Shown here one piece after another: positions 29,609 through 39,016 of a stretch of 64,000 bases of DNA. A program made the position numbers and the translations under genes. Below the pieces are notes generated by a model. It had not been told where the DNA came from and did no database searches. It was given only the letters and a program-made list of their open reading frames with translations. Numbering within the stretch: position 1 is the stretch's first letter; each line of letters begins with the position of its first letter. The DNA lies in sequence record NZ_CP104589.1, one strand, 5' to 3'. The stretch is from a plasmid.

Positions 29609-30541
29609 CTACCAACGCTTTTCGGTGTCTTCTTCCCAGGCGCCCATCTCGACAAAACAGTTGCGCATGTCGGCCTCCTGGCTGATCTCGGTCAGCAGGT
29701 CATGCACGCTCTTGTCCAGCTCATCGTCGCTCCGATACGGAATGGTCAACTCATAGTGGCCGGCATCCAGCCGCTTCATGCCATAGGGCTCCAGGCAGTA
29801 GCGCTCAATGTTCTCCGTGGCCCGCTTCCGGCCGCGCACGAACTTGCTGTTATTCACCACCGCGAGGCGCAGGGTGACGGTGGCCACCCGCTCGGCGGCG
29901 GGCGGCTCTGCCGGCGACGCGGCCGAAGGCTGCTGGTCGCGTGACCTGGCGCTCTTCTGGTACGCGCCGATCTCGACACCACGGTGGCGCAGGTAGCTGT
30001 ACAGCGTGCTCTTGGAGATGTGCAGCTTCTCGCCGATCGCGCTGACGCTCAGGCGACCTTCGCGGTAGAGGGTTTCGGCCGCCATGGCGGTGGCCTCAGC
30101 CTTGGCTGGCAGGCCCTTGGGACGGCCACCGATCCGGCCACGCGCCCGTGCGGCCGACAGACCCGCCTGAGTCCGCTCGCGGATCAGCTCGCGCTCGAAC
30201 TCCGCCAGCGAGGCGAACAGGTTGAACACCAGGCGGCCTTGGGCGTGGGTGGTGTCGATGGGGTCATTCAGGCTCTGTAAGCCGACCTTGCGCTCTGCCA
30301 GCTCGCCGACCAACTCGACCAGGTGCTTGAGGGAACGCCCAAGGCGATCCAGCTTCCAGATCACCACGGCATCACCCGGCCGCACGTTGGCCAGCAGTTT
30401 GTCCAACTCCGGCCGGGCGCTTTTCGCGCCGCTGGCGATGTCTTGGTAGATGCGTTCGCACCCGGCCTGTTTCAGGGCATCGACTTGTAGGTCGGCTTTC
30501 TGATCCCGAGTGCTCACTCGCGCATAACCGATCTTCATCAA
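29609..30541 (-). CDS. tnpR: serine resolvase TnpR with about 120-aa C-terminal extension
   Basis: MMKIGYARVSTRDQKADLQVDAL..., resolvase catalytic domain plus HTH, then extra C-terminal domain. Confidence 0.85.
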   Translation of the reverse strand: MMKIGYARVSTRDQKADLQVDALKQAGCERIYQDIASGAKSARPELDKLLANVRPGDAVVIWKLDRLGRSLKHLVELVGELAERKVGLQSLNDPIDTTHAQGRLVFNLFASLAEFERELIRERTQAGLSAARARGRIGGRPKGLPAKAEATAMAAETLYREGRLSVSAIGEKLHISKSTLYSYLRHRGVEIGAYQKSARSRDQQPSAASPAEPPAAERVATVTLRLAVVNNSKFVRGRKRATENIERYCLEPYGMKRLDAGHYELTIPYRSDDELDKSVHDLLTEISQEADMRNCFVEMGAWEEDTEKRW

Positions 30542-30739
30542 AAGTACTGTTTACTCGACTACGTTAGTAATAGTTGAACTTTGATTAAGCGTACCAGTTA
30601 TTTGAACCGTAGCGCGGGGAGCTTAACGAACCGAGCCATTCCTCGATAGAGTTCGGCAAAACCTTCGTTTTGTCGAACCATTGCATCGCCCTTTGTGATT
30701 GGCGTATAAACACACAAACACCTATTAGCGGAGAACGCT
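30542..30739. promoter_or_regulatory. divergent promoter / probable res region of the Tn5563-like element
   Basis: AT-rich interval between divergent tnpR and the RHH gene; position typical of res. Confidence 0.4.
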
Positions 30740-30979
30740 ATGAATACCATTCGCTGGAATGTCGCCGTCTCGGCCGACACCGACCAGTCGCTTCGGATGT
30801 TTCTGGCCAGCCAGGGCGGCGGCCGTAAGGGCGACCTGTCGCGCTTCATCGAAGAAGCGGTACGGGCACACATCCTGGAGCTGAGCGCTGAGCAGGCCAA
30901 GGCCGCTAACGCCCATCTGAGTGAGGCAGAATTGACCAACGCGGTTGACGAAGCGCTCGACTGGGCACGTAAGCGCTGA
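30740..30979 (+). CDS. RHH/CopG-like antitoxin
   Basis: 79 aa, N-terminal ribbon-helix-helix-like segment; overlaps the PIN gene start (ATGA). Confidence 0.55.
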   Translation: MNTIRWNVAVSADTDQSLRMFLASQGGGRKGDLSRFIEEAVRAHILELSAEQAKAANAHLSEAELTNAVDEALDWARKR

Positions 30980-31389
30980 TGCGGGTCGTGTTGGATACCA
31001 ACATCCTGTTCAGCGCCCTGATCTCGCCACATGGCGCGCCCGATGCGATCTACCGTGCCTGGCGGGCGGCGCGTTTCGAGGTGGTGACCTCGCGGATGCA
31101 ACTCGATGAAATTCGTCGAGCCAGCCGCTATCCCAAGCTTCAGGCCATCCTACAGCCCGCCAAGGTGGGCGCCATGATCAATAACCTGCAACGGGCTGTG
31201 GTACTGGAGCGCCTGACCATCGAGGTCGAAGCCGATGATCCGGATGACTCGTTTTTGCTGGCCATGGCCTTGGCGGGCGATGCGGACTACCTGGTAACCG
31301 GTGATCGCCGCGCCGGCCTGCTGCAACGCGGGCACATCGAACGCACGCGGATCGTCACGCCCGCCGTGTTCTGCGTCGAGGTGCTGTGA
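30979..31389 (+). CDS. PIN-domain (VapC-like) toxin
   Basis: 136 aa; MRVVLDTNILFSAL... (conserved D in VLDTN), later acidic residues DDPDD, GDAD; classic PIN layout. Confidence 0.7.
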   Translation: MRVVLDTNILFSALISPHGAPDAIYRAWRAARFEVVTSRMQLDEIRRASRYPKLQAILQPAKVGAMINNLQRAVVLERLTIEVEADDPDDSFLLAMALAGDADYLVTGDRRAGLLQRGHIERTRIVTPAVFCVEVL

Positions 31390-31392
31390 TCA

Positions 31393-34386
31393 ATGCCGGT
31401 CGGTTTTCTGACTCAAGAGCAACGCGACGGTTTTGGCCGCTATGTTGATTCGCCCAGCCGTGAAGAGCTGGAACGTTACTTCCACCTGAGCGATGAAGAC
31501 CGTGAAGCCATCCAGGTGCTGCGGGGTAACCATAACCGTCTGGGTTATGCCGTTCTGCTGACCACCGTCCGCTTCGTTGGCGTTCTGCCGGACAAGCCCG
31601 CCGCCGTGCCGGTGGAAGTCCTGCAGGTGCTTTGCCGACAACTGGCGATTCCAGACCCCGACTGCCTCCAGCGCTATAGCGATCATCGCCGCTGGATACA
31701 TGCCACCGATATTCAGAACCGCTTTGGCTATCGTCATTTCACCGATCCGGGCATCGGCTTTCGCTTGAGCCGCTGGCTGTATGCCCTCTGCTGGACGGGC
31801 ACCGACCGGCCGGGAGTGCTGTTTGAGCGAGCCACCTCGTGGCTGTTCACACAGAAAGTCCTCCTGCCTGGTGTGTCTCAACTAGAGCGCTTTATCGCCC
31901 AGTTGCGCAGTCGGGTCGAAGAACGCCTCTGGTTTACGCTGGGCCGCAGCGTGACTGAGGAACAGCGATTGCAACTGCAAGACTTGCTGACGGTGGCCGA
32001 AGGCAACCGCAGCTCCCGGCTGGATCAATTGCGCTCCGGCCCGGTCATGGTCAGTGGCCCCGCGTTGATTCGGGCACTGCGCCGGCTCGATGACGTGCGC
32101 GGCATCGGCATCACCTTGCCGGCGGCGGCGCACATCCCTCCCAGCCGTATCGCCGCCCTGGCCCGCTTCGCCAACACGGCCAAGGTCACCGCGATTAATC
32201 GGCTGCCGGCGTCGCGGCGGATGGCGACACTGGTGGCCTTCGCACTCTGCCTGGAGGCGACTGCGCACGACGACGCACTGGAAGTCCTGGAGGCCTTGCT
32301 GCGCGACCTGTTCAGCAACGCGGAGAAGGCCGACAAGAAAGCCCGCATGCGCAGCCTGAAAGACCTGGATCGGTCGGCCGCGACGCTCGCCGCCGCGTGC
32401 AAGGTCGTGCTGGACAGCTCGATCAGCGATGACAACGTGCGCGCCCGGCTGTTCAACGACCTGCCGAGGACCACCCTGGAAAAGGCCCTGGAAGAGGTCA
32501 ACGCGCTGATCCGCCCGGTAGATGACGTCTATTTTCTTGCATTGGAAGCGCGCTACCGCAGCGTGCGCCGCTTCCTGCCCGACCTGCTCAAGCACATCCG
32601 CTTCGGCTTCAGCCCGGCCGGCAAGGGCGTGGCGGCTAGTCTGGAGTGGCTGCAACTGAACCTGCCGCGCCGGAAGCCAGAGGATGACGCGCCGCAGGAG
32701 ATCGTGGCCAAGGCTTGGCAGAAGCACATCACCCGCGAAGATGGCTCCCTCGACATGGGTGCCTATGTGTTCTGCACGCTCGATGCGCTGCGCACGGCCC
32801 TGCGCCGCCGCGATGTCTTCGTCTCGCCCAGTTGGCGCTATGCCGACCCGCGCCTTGGCCTGCTCGACGGTGCCGAATGGCTGGCGGCGCGACCGATCAT
32901 CTGCCGGTCACTGGGCCTGACCATCGACGCCAAAACCACCCTGGACGCCTTGTCCGTCGAGCTGGATGCAACCTGGCTGGCAGTAGCCGCGCGCCTGCCC
33001 GACAACCCGGCGATTCAACTGAGCGAGAACACCGAGGGCAAGACCGAACTGTCGCTCGGGGCGCTGGACAAGCTGGACGAGCCCTGCTCGTTGCTGCAAC
33101 TGCGGGCGGCCGTGTCTGACCTGATGCCGCGTGTCGATCTGCCGGAAATCCTCTTGGAAATCGCCGCCCGCACTGGCTTTTCCGAGGCCTTCACCCATGT
33201 CTCCGAACGCAATGCACGCGCCGACAACCTGGTCACCAGCCTCTGCGCGGTGCTGTTGGGCGGGGCCTGCAACACCGGCCTGGAGCCCTTGATCCGCACC
33301 GACAACCCGGCGCTGCGCCGTGACCGGCTGTCCTGGGTCAGCCAGAATTATATCCGCGACGACACCCTGTCAGCGGCTAACGCCATCCTGGTCGGAGCGC
33401 AAAGCCAACTGGAACTGGCCCAAGTCTGGGGTGGCGGCGAGGTCGCCTCCGCCGATGGCATGCGCTTCGTCGTACCGGTGCGCACCGTGCATGCCGGCCC
33501 CAATCCGAAGTATTTCGGCACCGGCCGGGGTGTCACCTGGTACAACCTGATTTCCGACCAATTCTCCGGCCTCAACGCCATCACCGTGCCCGGCACGCTG
33601 CGCGACAGCCTGGTGTTGCTGGCGGTCGTGCTGGAACAGCAGACCGAGTTGCAGCCGACGCAAATCATGACCGACACCGGGGCCTACAGCGATGTGGTGT
33701 TCGGGCTCTTCCGCCTACTTGGCTACCACTTCAGTCCGCGGCTGGCCGATGTCGGCGGTACCCGCTTCTGGCGCACGCGCCCGGACGCGGACTACGGCAA
33801 GCTCAACGGGCTGGCCCGCCAGTCGGTCAAACTCGACCTGATCGCCGAGCACTGGGACGACCTGCTGCGCCTGGCCGGCTCGCTCAAACTCGGCCGGGTG
33901 CCGGCGACTGGCATCATGCGCACGCTGCAAACGGGAGATAGACCCACCCGGCTGGCCCAGGCGCTGGCCGAATTCGGGCGGATCGAAAAGACTCTGCACA
34001 CGTTGACCTATATCGACGACGAGTCCAAGCGCCGCGCCACCCTGACCCAGTTGAACCGAGGCGAAGGCCGGCACAGCCTGGCCCGCGCCGTGTTCCACGG
34101 CAAACGCGGCGAGCTCCGCCAGCGCTACCGCGAAGGCCAGGAAGACCAGCTCGGTGCTCTGGGCCTGGTGGTGAACATCATCGTGCTGTGGAACACCCTC
34201 TACATGACGGCGGCCGTGGAACGGCTCAAGCAGCACGGCTATCCAGTGCTGGAAGAGGATTTGGCCCGGCTATCGCCGCTGATCTACGAGCACATCAACA
34301 TGCTCGGGCGGTATTCCTTTGCGGTACCGGAAGAAGTTGCGCGCGGCGAGCTGCGGCCACTGCGTAATCCAGACGACGACCTGTGA
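31393..34386 (+). CDS. tnpA: Tn3-subfamily transposase TnpA
   Basis: 997 aa; MPVGFLTQEQR...; long collinear similarity to Tn3 TnpA (MPVDFLTTEQ...GGGEVASADGMRFV...) from memory. Confidence 0.9.
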   Translation: MPVGFLTQEQRDGFGRYVDSPSREELERYFHLSDEDREAIQVLRGNHNRLGYAVLLTTVRFVGVLPDKPAAVPVEVLQVLCRQLAIPDPDCLQRYSDHRRWIHATDIQNRFGYRHFTDPGIGFRLSRWLYALCWTGTDRPGVLFERATSWLFTQKVLLPGVSQLERFIAQLRSRVEERLWFTLGRSVTEEQRLQLQDLLTVAEGNRSSRLDQLRSGPVMVSGPALIRALRRLDDVRGIGITLPAAAHIPPSRIAALARFANTAKVTAINRLPASRRMATLVAFALCLEATAHDDALEVLEALLRDLFSNAEKADKKARMRSLKDLDRSAATLAAACKVVLDSSISDDNVRARLFNDLPRTTLEKALEEVNALIRPVDDVYFLALEARYRSVRRFLPDLLKHIRFGFSPAGKGVAASLEWLQLNLPRRKPEDDAPQEIVAKAWQKHITREDGSLDMGAYVFCTLDALRTALRRRDVFVSPSWRYADPRLGLLDGAEWLAARPIICRSLGLTIDAKTTLDALSVELDATWLAVAARLPDNPAIQLSENTEGKTELSLGALDKLDEPCSLLQLRAAVSDLMPRVDLPEILLEIAARTGFSEAFTHVSERNARADNLVTSLCAVLLGGACNTGLEPLIRTDNPALRRDRLSWVSQNYIRDDTLSAANAILVGAQSQLELAQVWGGGEVASADGMRFVVPVRTVHAGPNPKYFGTGRGVTWYNLISDQFSGLNAITVPGTLRDSLVLLAVVLEQQTELQPTQIMTDTGAYSDVVFGLFRLLGYHFSPRLADVGGTRFWRTRPDADYGKLNGLARQSVKLDLIAEHWDDLLRLAGSLKLGRVPATGIMRTLQTGDRPTRLAQALAEFGRIEKTLHTLTYIDDESKRRATLTQLNRGEGRHSLARAVFHGKRGELRQRYREGQEDQLGALGLVVNIIVLWNTLYMTAAVERLKQHGYPVLEEDLARLSPLIYEHINMLGRYSFAVPEEVARGELRPLRNPDDDL

Positions 34387-34398
34387 TCCCCCTAAACG

Positions 34399-34611
34399 CT
34401 ATGAGCAACACCCAAGCTGCTGCTGGATCGGCGGGCACTTCACCGAGCCGAACGAACAGAAAACGCAGCAATCCCCTGGGTTGGGGCGCAGCAGCGCCTT
34501 GCAGTTGCTGCACTCGTAATAGAACTGGCAGGCGTCCGTGGGCATGGTTTCCGGCTTGGCGAAGCCGCAGCGCGGGCAAGTCAGCACGGACTCAAGGACA
34601 ATGGCGCTCAT
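34399..34611 (-). CDS. small Cys-rich (zinc-ribbon-like) protein downstream of merP
   Basis: 70 aa with CPRCG...CSNC...GDCCVFCSFGSVKC; sits where merA or a transporter would follow merP. Confidence 0.35.
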   Translation of the reverse strand: MSAIVLESVLTCPRCGFAKPETMPTDACQFYYECSNCKALLRPNPGDCCVFCSFGSVKCPPIQQQLGCCS

Positions 34612-34618
34612 CGTGACC

Positions 34619-34894
34619 TCACTTCTGCACTGTGGAGGGGTATCCCGCGTTCGCGGTCGCCTCAGTCAGTGCCTCGGGCTGGGCCTTATCGGGATCGTAG
34701 GTGACGGTCGCCGTCTTCTGGTCGAAATTGACCTGGACGTCACTCACGCCGGACACCTTCTCCAGCGACTTCTTGACCGTGATCGGACAGAGTCCGCACG
34801 TCATGTTCTGCACGTCGAGCGTGACGGTTTTCGGGGGAGCCGCCAGCGCCACGAAGGGCAAGGCGAAAAGCACGGCGATCAGCAGTTTGCGCAT
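34619..34894 (-). CDS. merP: periplasmic mercury-binding protein MerP
   Basis: 91 aa, signal peptide, GMTCxxC metal-binding motif (QNMTCGLCP). Confidence 0.85.
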   Translation of the reverse strand: MRKLLIAVLFALPFVALAAPPKTVTLDVQNMTCGLCPITVKKSLEKVSGVSDVQVNFDQKTATVTYDPDKAQPEALTEATANAGYPSTVQK

Positions 34895-34906
34895 GGTTAA
34901 TCTCCT

Positions 34907-35263
34907 TCAGTAGAACAGCGGGGCGAGCCACGGCACGGCCAATAGGCCGAGCAGCAGCACGCTGACGATCCAGAACACGAGTCGCTGTCGCACGAGCGTG
35001 CGCGGATCGGCGCAGGGTGTACCTGGCGTACAAACCTGTGGCACCAGGTAGAGCTTGCGGAATGCCAATCCCAGGAACAGTAGAGTCAACCCGATTAAGA
35101 GGGGGCGTAGTGGCTCCATCATGGTCAGAGCGCCCACCCACGTACCGCCGACACCGAGTGCCAACAGCACCAGTGGCCCGACACAGCACACCGACGCACC
35201 GATGGCGGTCAGCGAACTCGCGACCAGCGAGCCTTTCCCGGTGAGTTGCATCCCCATTCCCAT
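34907..35263 (-). CDS. merT: mercuric ion transporter MerT
   Basis: 118 aa, three TMs, vicinal CC in first TM (ASVCCVGPLV) and cytoplasmic C..C pair. Confidence 0.8.
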   Translation of the reverse strand: MGMGMQLTGKGSLVASSLTAIGASVCCVGPLVLLALGVGGTWVGALTMMEPLRPLLIGLTLLFLGLAFRKLYLVPQVCTPGTPCADPRTLVRQRLVFWIVSVLLLGLLAVPWLAPLFY

Positions 35264-35298
35264 CTCCTGAGCCTGATTGCCTAGGTGCTATTCTAAAC

Positions 35299-35316
35299 TC
35301 CGTACCAAAGTACGGA
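35299..35316. promoter_or_regulatory. mer operator/promoter dyad
   Basis: TCCGTACcaaaGTACGGA between divergent merT and merR, like the canonical merOP dyad. Confidence 0.7.
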
Positions 35317-35331
35317 ATCAAGGAGAAAGTG

Positions 35332-35730
35332 ATGGCCACAGAGCTGACCATTGGCAAGCTGGCAGACGCCGCCGGGGTGAACGTCGAGACGATCCGCTAC
35401 TACCAGCGACGCGGGCTGCTGGATGAACCAGCCAAACCCTTGGGTGGCCATCGGCGCTATCCGGTGGACATGGTGAAGCGACTGCGTTTCATCAAGCGGG
35501 CTCAGGCGCTGGGTTTCACGCTCTCGGAAGTCGGTGGACTGCTGACGCTGGATGAGTCGTGCGCCTGTGCCGAAACGCGAGCACGGGCTGCACGCAAGCT
35601 CGCGTTGATCGAGCAGAAGATGGCCGACTTGGTCGTCATGCAGCAACTGTTAGGCGAACTGGTGCAGCAATGTGATGCGGGAGACGGCGGAACGATCTGC
35701 CCGATCATCGAGGCACTGATCAGAGAGTAA
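35332..35730 (+). CDS. merR: MerR mercury-responsive regulator
   Basis: HTH LTIGKLADAAGVNVETIRYYQRRGLL, Cys residues for Hg binding (C..C and CP near C-term); AGGAGA SD. Confidence 0.85.
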   Translation: MATELTIGKLADAAGVNVETIRYYQRRGLLDEPAKPLGGHRRYPVDMVKRLRFIKRAQALGFTLSEVGGLLTLDESCACAETRARAARKLALIEQKMADLVVMQQLLGELVQQCDAGDGGTICPIIEALIRE

Positions 35731-37457
35731 TGCCTGGCGGGTGAGCTGGAGATCGGAAAGCCCCTTTACGGTGGGATTCAGAGCTTACGTTGGTTTTTGG
35801 TTCCATTGCTCCCCAAACCCCACCACCTGGCCAGCGGCATCTATGATGACCGGCCAATCACGCTGCGGTGGCCAGCACGGCGGACGGTAGTTCGGCGCAT
35901 CAGGAATCGCTAGGGGCGAGTCGATGCCGAGGCCAAGTTCGGAAAGAATATTTTTCGTCATGCTGATCTTTGTCGCAGTTCTGCCAATCGGATGAAGCCA
36001 TCCCAGGCCGGGTGGTAGTCACCTTCACTTATGCGCGCTCTGGCTTCTTCGACCCAAAGCCTGCGGACCTCGCTACTTTCTTCGAAGAAGCGCAGTTTGG
36101 CCGTCAGCCGATCGATCACCAGCAGGGCCGGATGCTCTGTCGTCAGGTGCTTACCCGAACTGGATGGGCGGTAGCGTGCCAGTTCAAGCGATTTGAGGTG
36201 GCGCAAGCTACCGAGAGACCACACATGATCCTCACTTTCGATATCCCGGTGCTGGGTACAGAACAGGCAACCGGCAGCATTGATGCAGTCGGGTCGCGGA
36301 CCATTCTTCGGCATCGTGCCCACTGGTTCAGGTGTGGCCGATACACATCTACCAGGAGCAGGAGGTGAAAGGGACGGATCGGTTTGCTGATGGAAGCGCG
36401 TAATTTCCACCATAGCGATCTGCGGATGGGGGTCGGCATATACGCGTATCAGCGTTTGCACCGTATGCTGGGCCAACTCCGCAACCTGTTGGGGATTCTG
36501 GGACTCCCGAAGCAACCAGTTGATGCGCGTCCCGCGCAGTTTTCGCGGTCTCACTATCGGTATGCCAAGCTCGCGGCAGATGCGCGTAACGTTCGTGAAC
36601 TGCGTCGCCTCTTCTAGGATTCGTCCCCCGCTACGTATAAGCGGAAAGAGCAAACCATCCGGCTCATTGGGAAACCATTCGGAACGCCATTCGAGATAGC
36701 GCTCGAACCACTCTCGATAACTGGCAAAGATCTCGAATAGCACTTCTCCTTCCCGTCGATTTTTGTAGGTACGTACCTGGTAGCCGTCTATGTGGCTGGT
36801 GTAATGAAACTGCTCAACCCGCAGGGTATGTGCTTGCTGGAGGTTCAGACCGGTCTGGGCGATGAACATCAGCAATTCACTCTCGATCCGTAAATTGACG
36901 ATGGGGAAACGGGTCCGCAGTGTCCGATCTGCATCGTGGGCGGCACGCGCCGCCAGGGATGCTTCGATTTGCGCTTGGTTTTGCGGCCTGGTACGGCGGG
37001 CCGCTACTTTCTCGGGGCTCTGCAATCCCGACCATAGTTCCAGCACTTGGCCGGTGCGTAACGAAATACAAACTGGGAGGGGGGCCATTGTCCCCCTCCA
37101 GGTCAATGCCTCGCATACGTCAGCTAGAAGGTGTCCGAATGCGAAGGTGTTTTGCAGATTCTGCTTGTCCGCTTTGCTCGTATGTACCTTGCCTTTGCCG
37201 CGCGGCTTGCGAATACGTGTGCTCTTGCTCAGGCTTGCTTGGCGGTCCAATGCTCGGTCCAGCATCGTCGCCGTGAGCCTGGTGAGATCGTACAGGGACC
37301 CATCGCTGAAATTGCGTTCGACTCGATGACGCTGGAGCAAGTGATCGGTCCAACGAATGAACGTGTCGGCCGCCGTCTCGAGACTGAGATTCACGTTTTC
37401 TGAATCGATCCAGGCAAAGAATCGGCGCAATGCACTGATCTTGTTCTGCACCGAGAG

Positions 37458-38784
37458 AGGGTGTGCAGAATTTTGTGTAACCGGGGTTGGGGTTATTGCT
37501 GCGGCAGCCGGTCTTCGTAGCTGATCGTAAAGCGCGTCAGCGCCGCCTTCCAGTCACGGATCGGCATCGTCCATTTCTTGCTGATGTTGCGTAGCGCCAG
37601 GTAGAAGAGTTTCATCAGCGCCTCGTCGCTGGGGAACGAGCCGCGGTTCTTGGTGATCTTGCGCAAGCTCATGTTCACCGATTCGATGGCGTTGGTGGTG
37701 TAGATCACCTTGCGGATCTCTGGCGGGAAGTCGAAGAACGGCGTGATCCTGGCCCAGTTGCGTCGCCAGGACTGGCCAATCGGCAGGTAGTCGTCATCCC
37801 ACTTGGCCTCGAACTCGCCAAGGCGCAGTTCGGCCTCGTCAGCCGTGCTGGCTTGGTAAATCCGTTTCAGGTCAGCGGCGACTTCAGCCCGCCGCTTCCA
37901 GGACACGTAGTTCAGGCTGTGCCTGACCATGTGCACGATGCACAGCTGCACGCTGGTGTGCGGGAACACCGCCTCGATGGCCTCGGGGAAGCCCTTCAGG
38001 CCATCCACGCAGGCAACGAAGATGTCCTGCACACCGCGGTTGCGCAGCTCGGTCACCACCTGCAACCAGAACTTGGCGCCCTCGTTCTGGGCGATCCATA
38101 GGCCGAGGATTTCCTTCTCGCCAGCCAGATTGATGCCCAGCGCCAGATAGACCGCCTTCACCCGCACGGCGCCCTCGCGCACCTTGGTGTGGATGCAGTC
38201 GAGGTAGACGATGGGATACACCGCATCGAGCGGGCGCGACTGCCAGGACTTGACCTCATCGGCCACGGCATCGGTCACTGAGGAGATCAGGCTGGGCGAC
38301 ACCTCGGCGCCGTACATTTCCTGCAAGTGCGCCTGGATCTCGCGCACCGTCATGCCGCGGGCATACAGCGAAAGGATCTTGTCGTCGAAGCCCGTCCAGC
38401 GGGTCTGGTGCTTCTCGACGATCTGCGGATCGAAGGTGCCATGCCGGTCGCGCGGCACCTCGATGGGCAGTTCGCCGAACTCGCCCTTGAGTTTCTTCCT
38501 GCTGAAACCGTTGCGCGTGTTGCCGGTCGGGTTGCTGACCGGCTGATGCTTGTCGTGGCCCAGGTGGTGGGTCAACTCCGCATCCAGTGCACGCTCGACC
38601 AGCTTCTTGGTCAGCTGCTTGAGGATGCCGTCGGCACCGATCAGGTCTTCAGGTTTCTGGTAGTTGGCCAGGAGCTGATCCAGCAGCTCGTCGGTGATGG
38701 GGTGTTTCGTCTTGCTCATGGTGTCTCCGGTGCGGAGCGACAGTGTCGCTCATGAGCCGGTTACACAAAAATTCGGACACCCTC
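37458..38784. mobile_element. IS256-family insertion sequence (1,327 bp) with 8-bp TSD
   Basis: Imperfect IRs GAGGGTGTGCAGAATTTTGTGTAACCGG / reverse GAGGGTGTCCGAATTTTTGTGTAACCGG; direct repeats CACCGAGA at 37449-37456 and 38785-38792. Confidence 0.8.
37493..38719 (-). CDS. IS256-family (mutator-type) transposase
   Basis: 408 aa; DDE region with typical IS256-family blocks (YLDCIHTKVREG, LCIVHMVRHSLNYV). Confidence 0.9.
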   Translation of the reverse strand: MSKTKHPITDELLDQLLANYQKPEDLIGADGILKQLTKKLVERALDAELTHHLGHDKHQPVSNPTGNTRNGFSRKKLKGEFGELPIEVPRDRHGTFDPQIVEKHQTRWTGFDDKILSLYARGMTVREIQAHLQEMYGAEVSPSLISSVTDAVADEVKSWQSRPLDAVYPIVYLDCIHTKVREGAVRVKAVYLALGINLAGEKEILGLWIAQNEGAKFWLQVVTELRNRGVQDIFVACVDGLKGFPEAIEAVFPHTSVQLCIVHMVRHSLNYVSWKRRAEVAADLKRIYQASTADEAELRLGEFEAKWDDDYLPIGQSWRRNWARITPFFDFPPEIRKVIYTTNAIESVNMSLRKITKNRGSFPSDEALMKLFYLALRNISKKWTMPIRDWKAALTRFTISYEDRLPQQ

Positions 38785-39016
38785 CACCGAGAAGCGACTT
38801 CCGCCACCAGCAAGGTCGTCAGTCATGTGCTCATGCAGCTGCGTCACCAGCTCGAAACGTTCCGGCAAGGGACTGCCGAGTTCGCCCTGCGCGATCTGGC
38901 GGCCCACATGCTTCACCTTTGCTGCTGCACCTCCGCGAAACAGCAGCGGCCGGAGGTCCCAGGGCGTTTCAGTGGCCCCATACTCAAGCATCGGGAAAGT
39001 GAGGTCGAATTCGGAA

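Larger units (their letters stand above)
29569..35821. mobile_element. Tn5563-like Tn3-subfamily transposon (6,253 bp) with TA module and merRTP cargo
   Basis: Perfect 38-bp IRs GGGGTTTGGGGAGCAATGGAACCAAAAACCAACGTAAG at 29569-29606 and inverted at 35784-35821. Length 6,253 bp equals the published Tn5563 size as I recall it; gene content tnpR, PIN gene, tnpA, merP/T/R fits. Confidence 0.8.

Noticed and set aside
34399-34611. Calling the 70-aa Cys-rich ORF merE/merF or an merA remnant
   Set aside because: Sequence resembles neither the MerE/MerF membrane proteins nor the MerA N-terminal HMA domain (GMTCxxC) as I recall them. Left as an unassigned Cys-rich ORF.
36862-37329. Plus-strand ORFs of 155 and 118 aa
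   Set aside because: Antisense within the interrupted recombinase gene; Arg/Cys-rich shadow frames.
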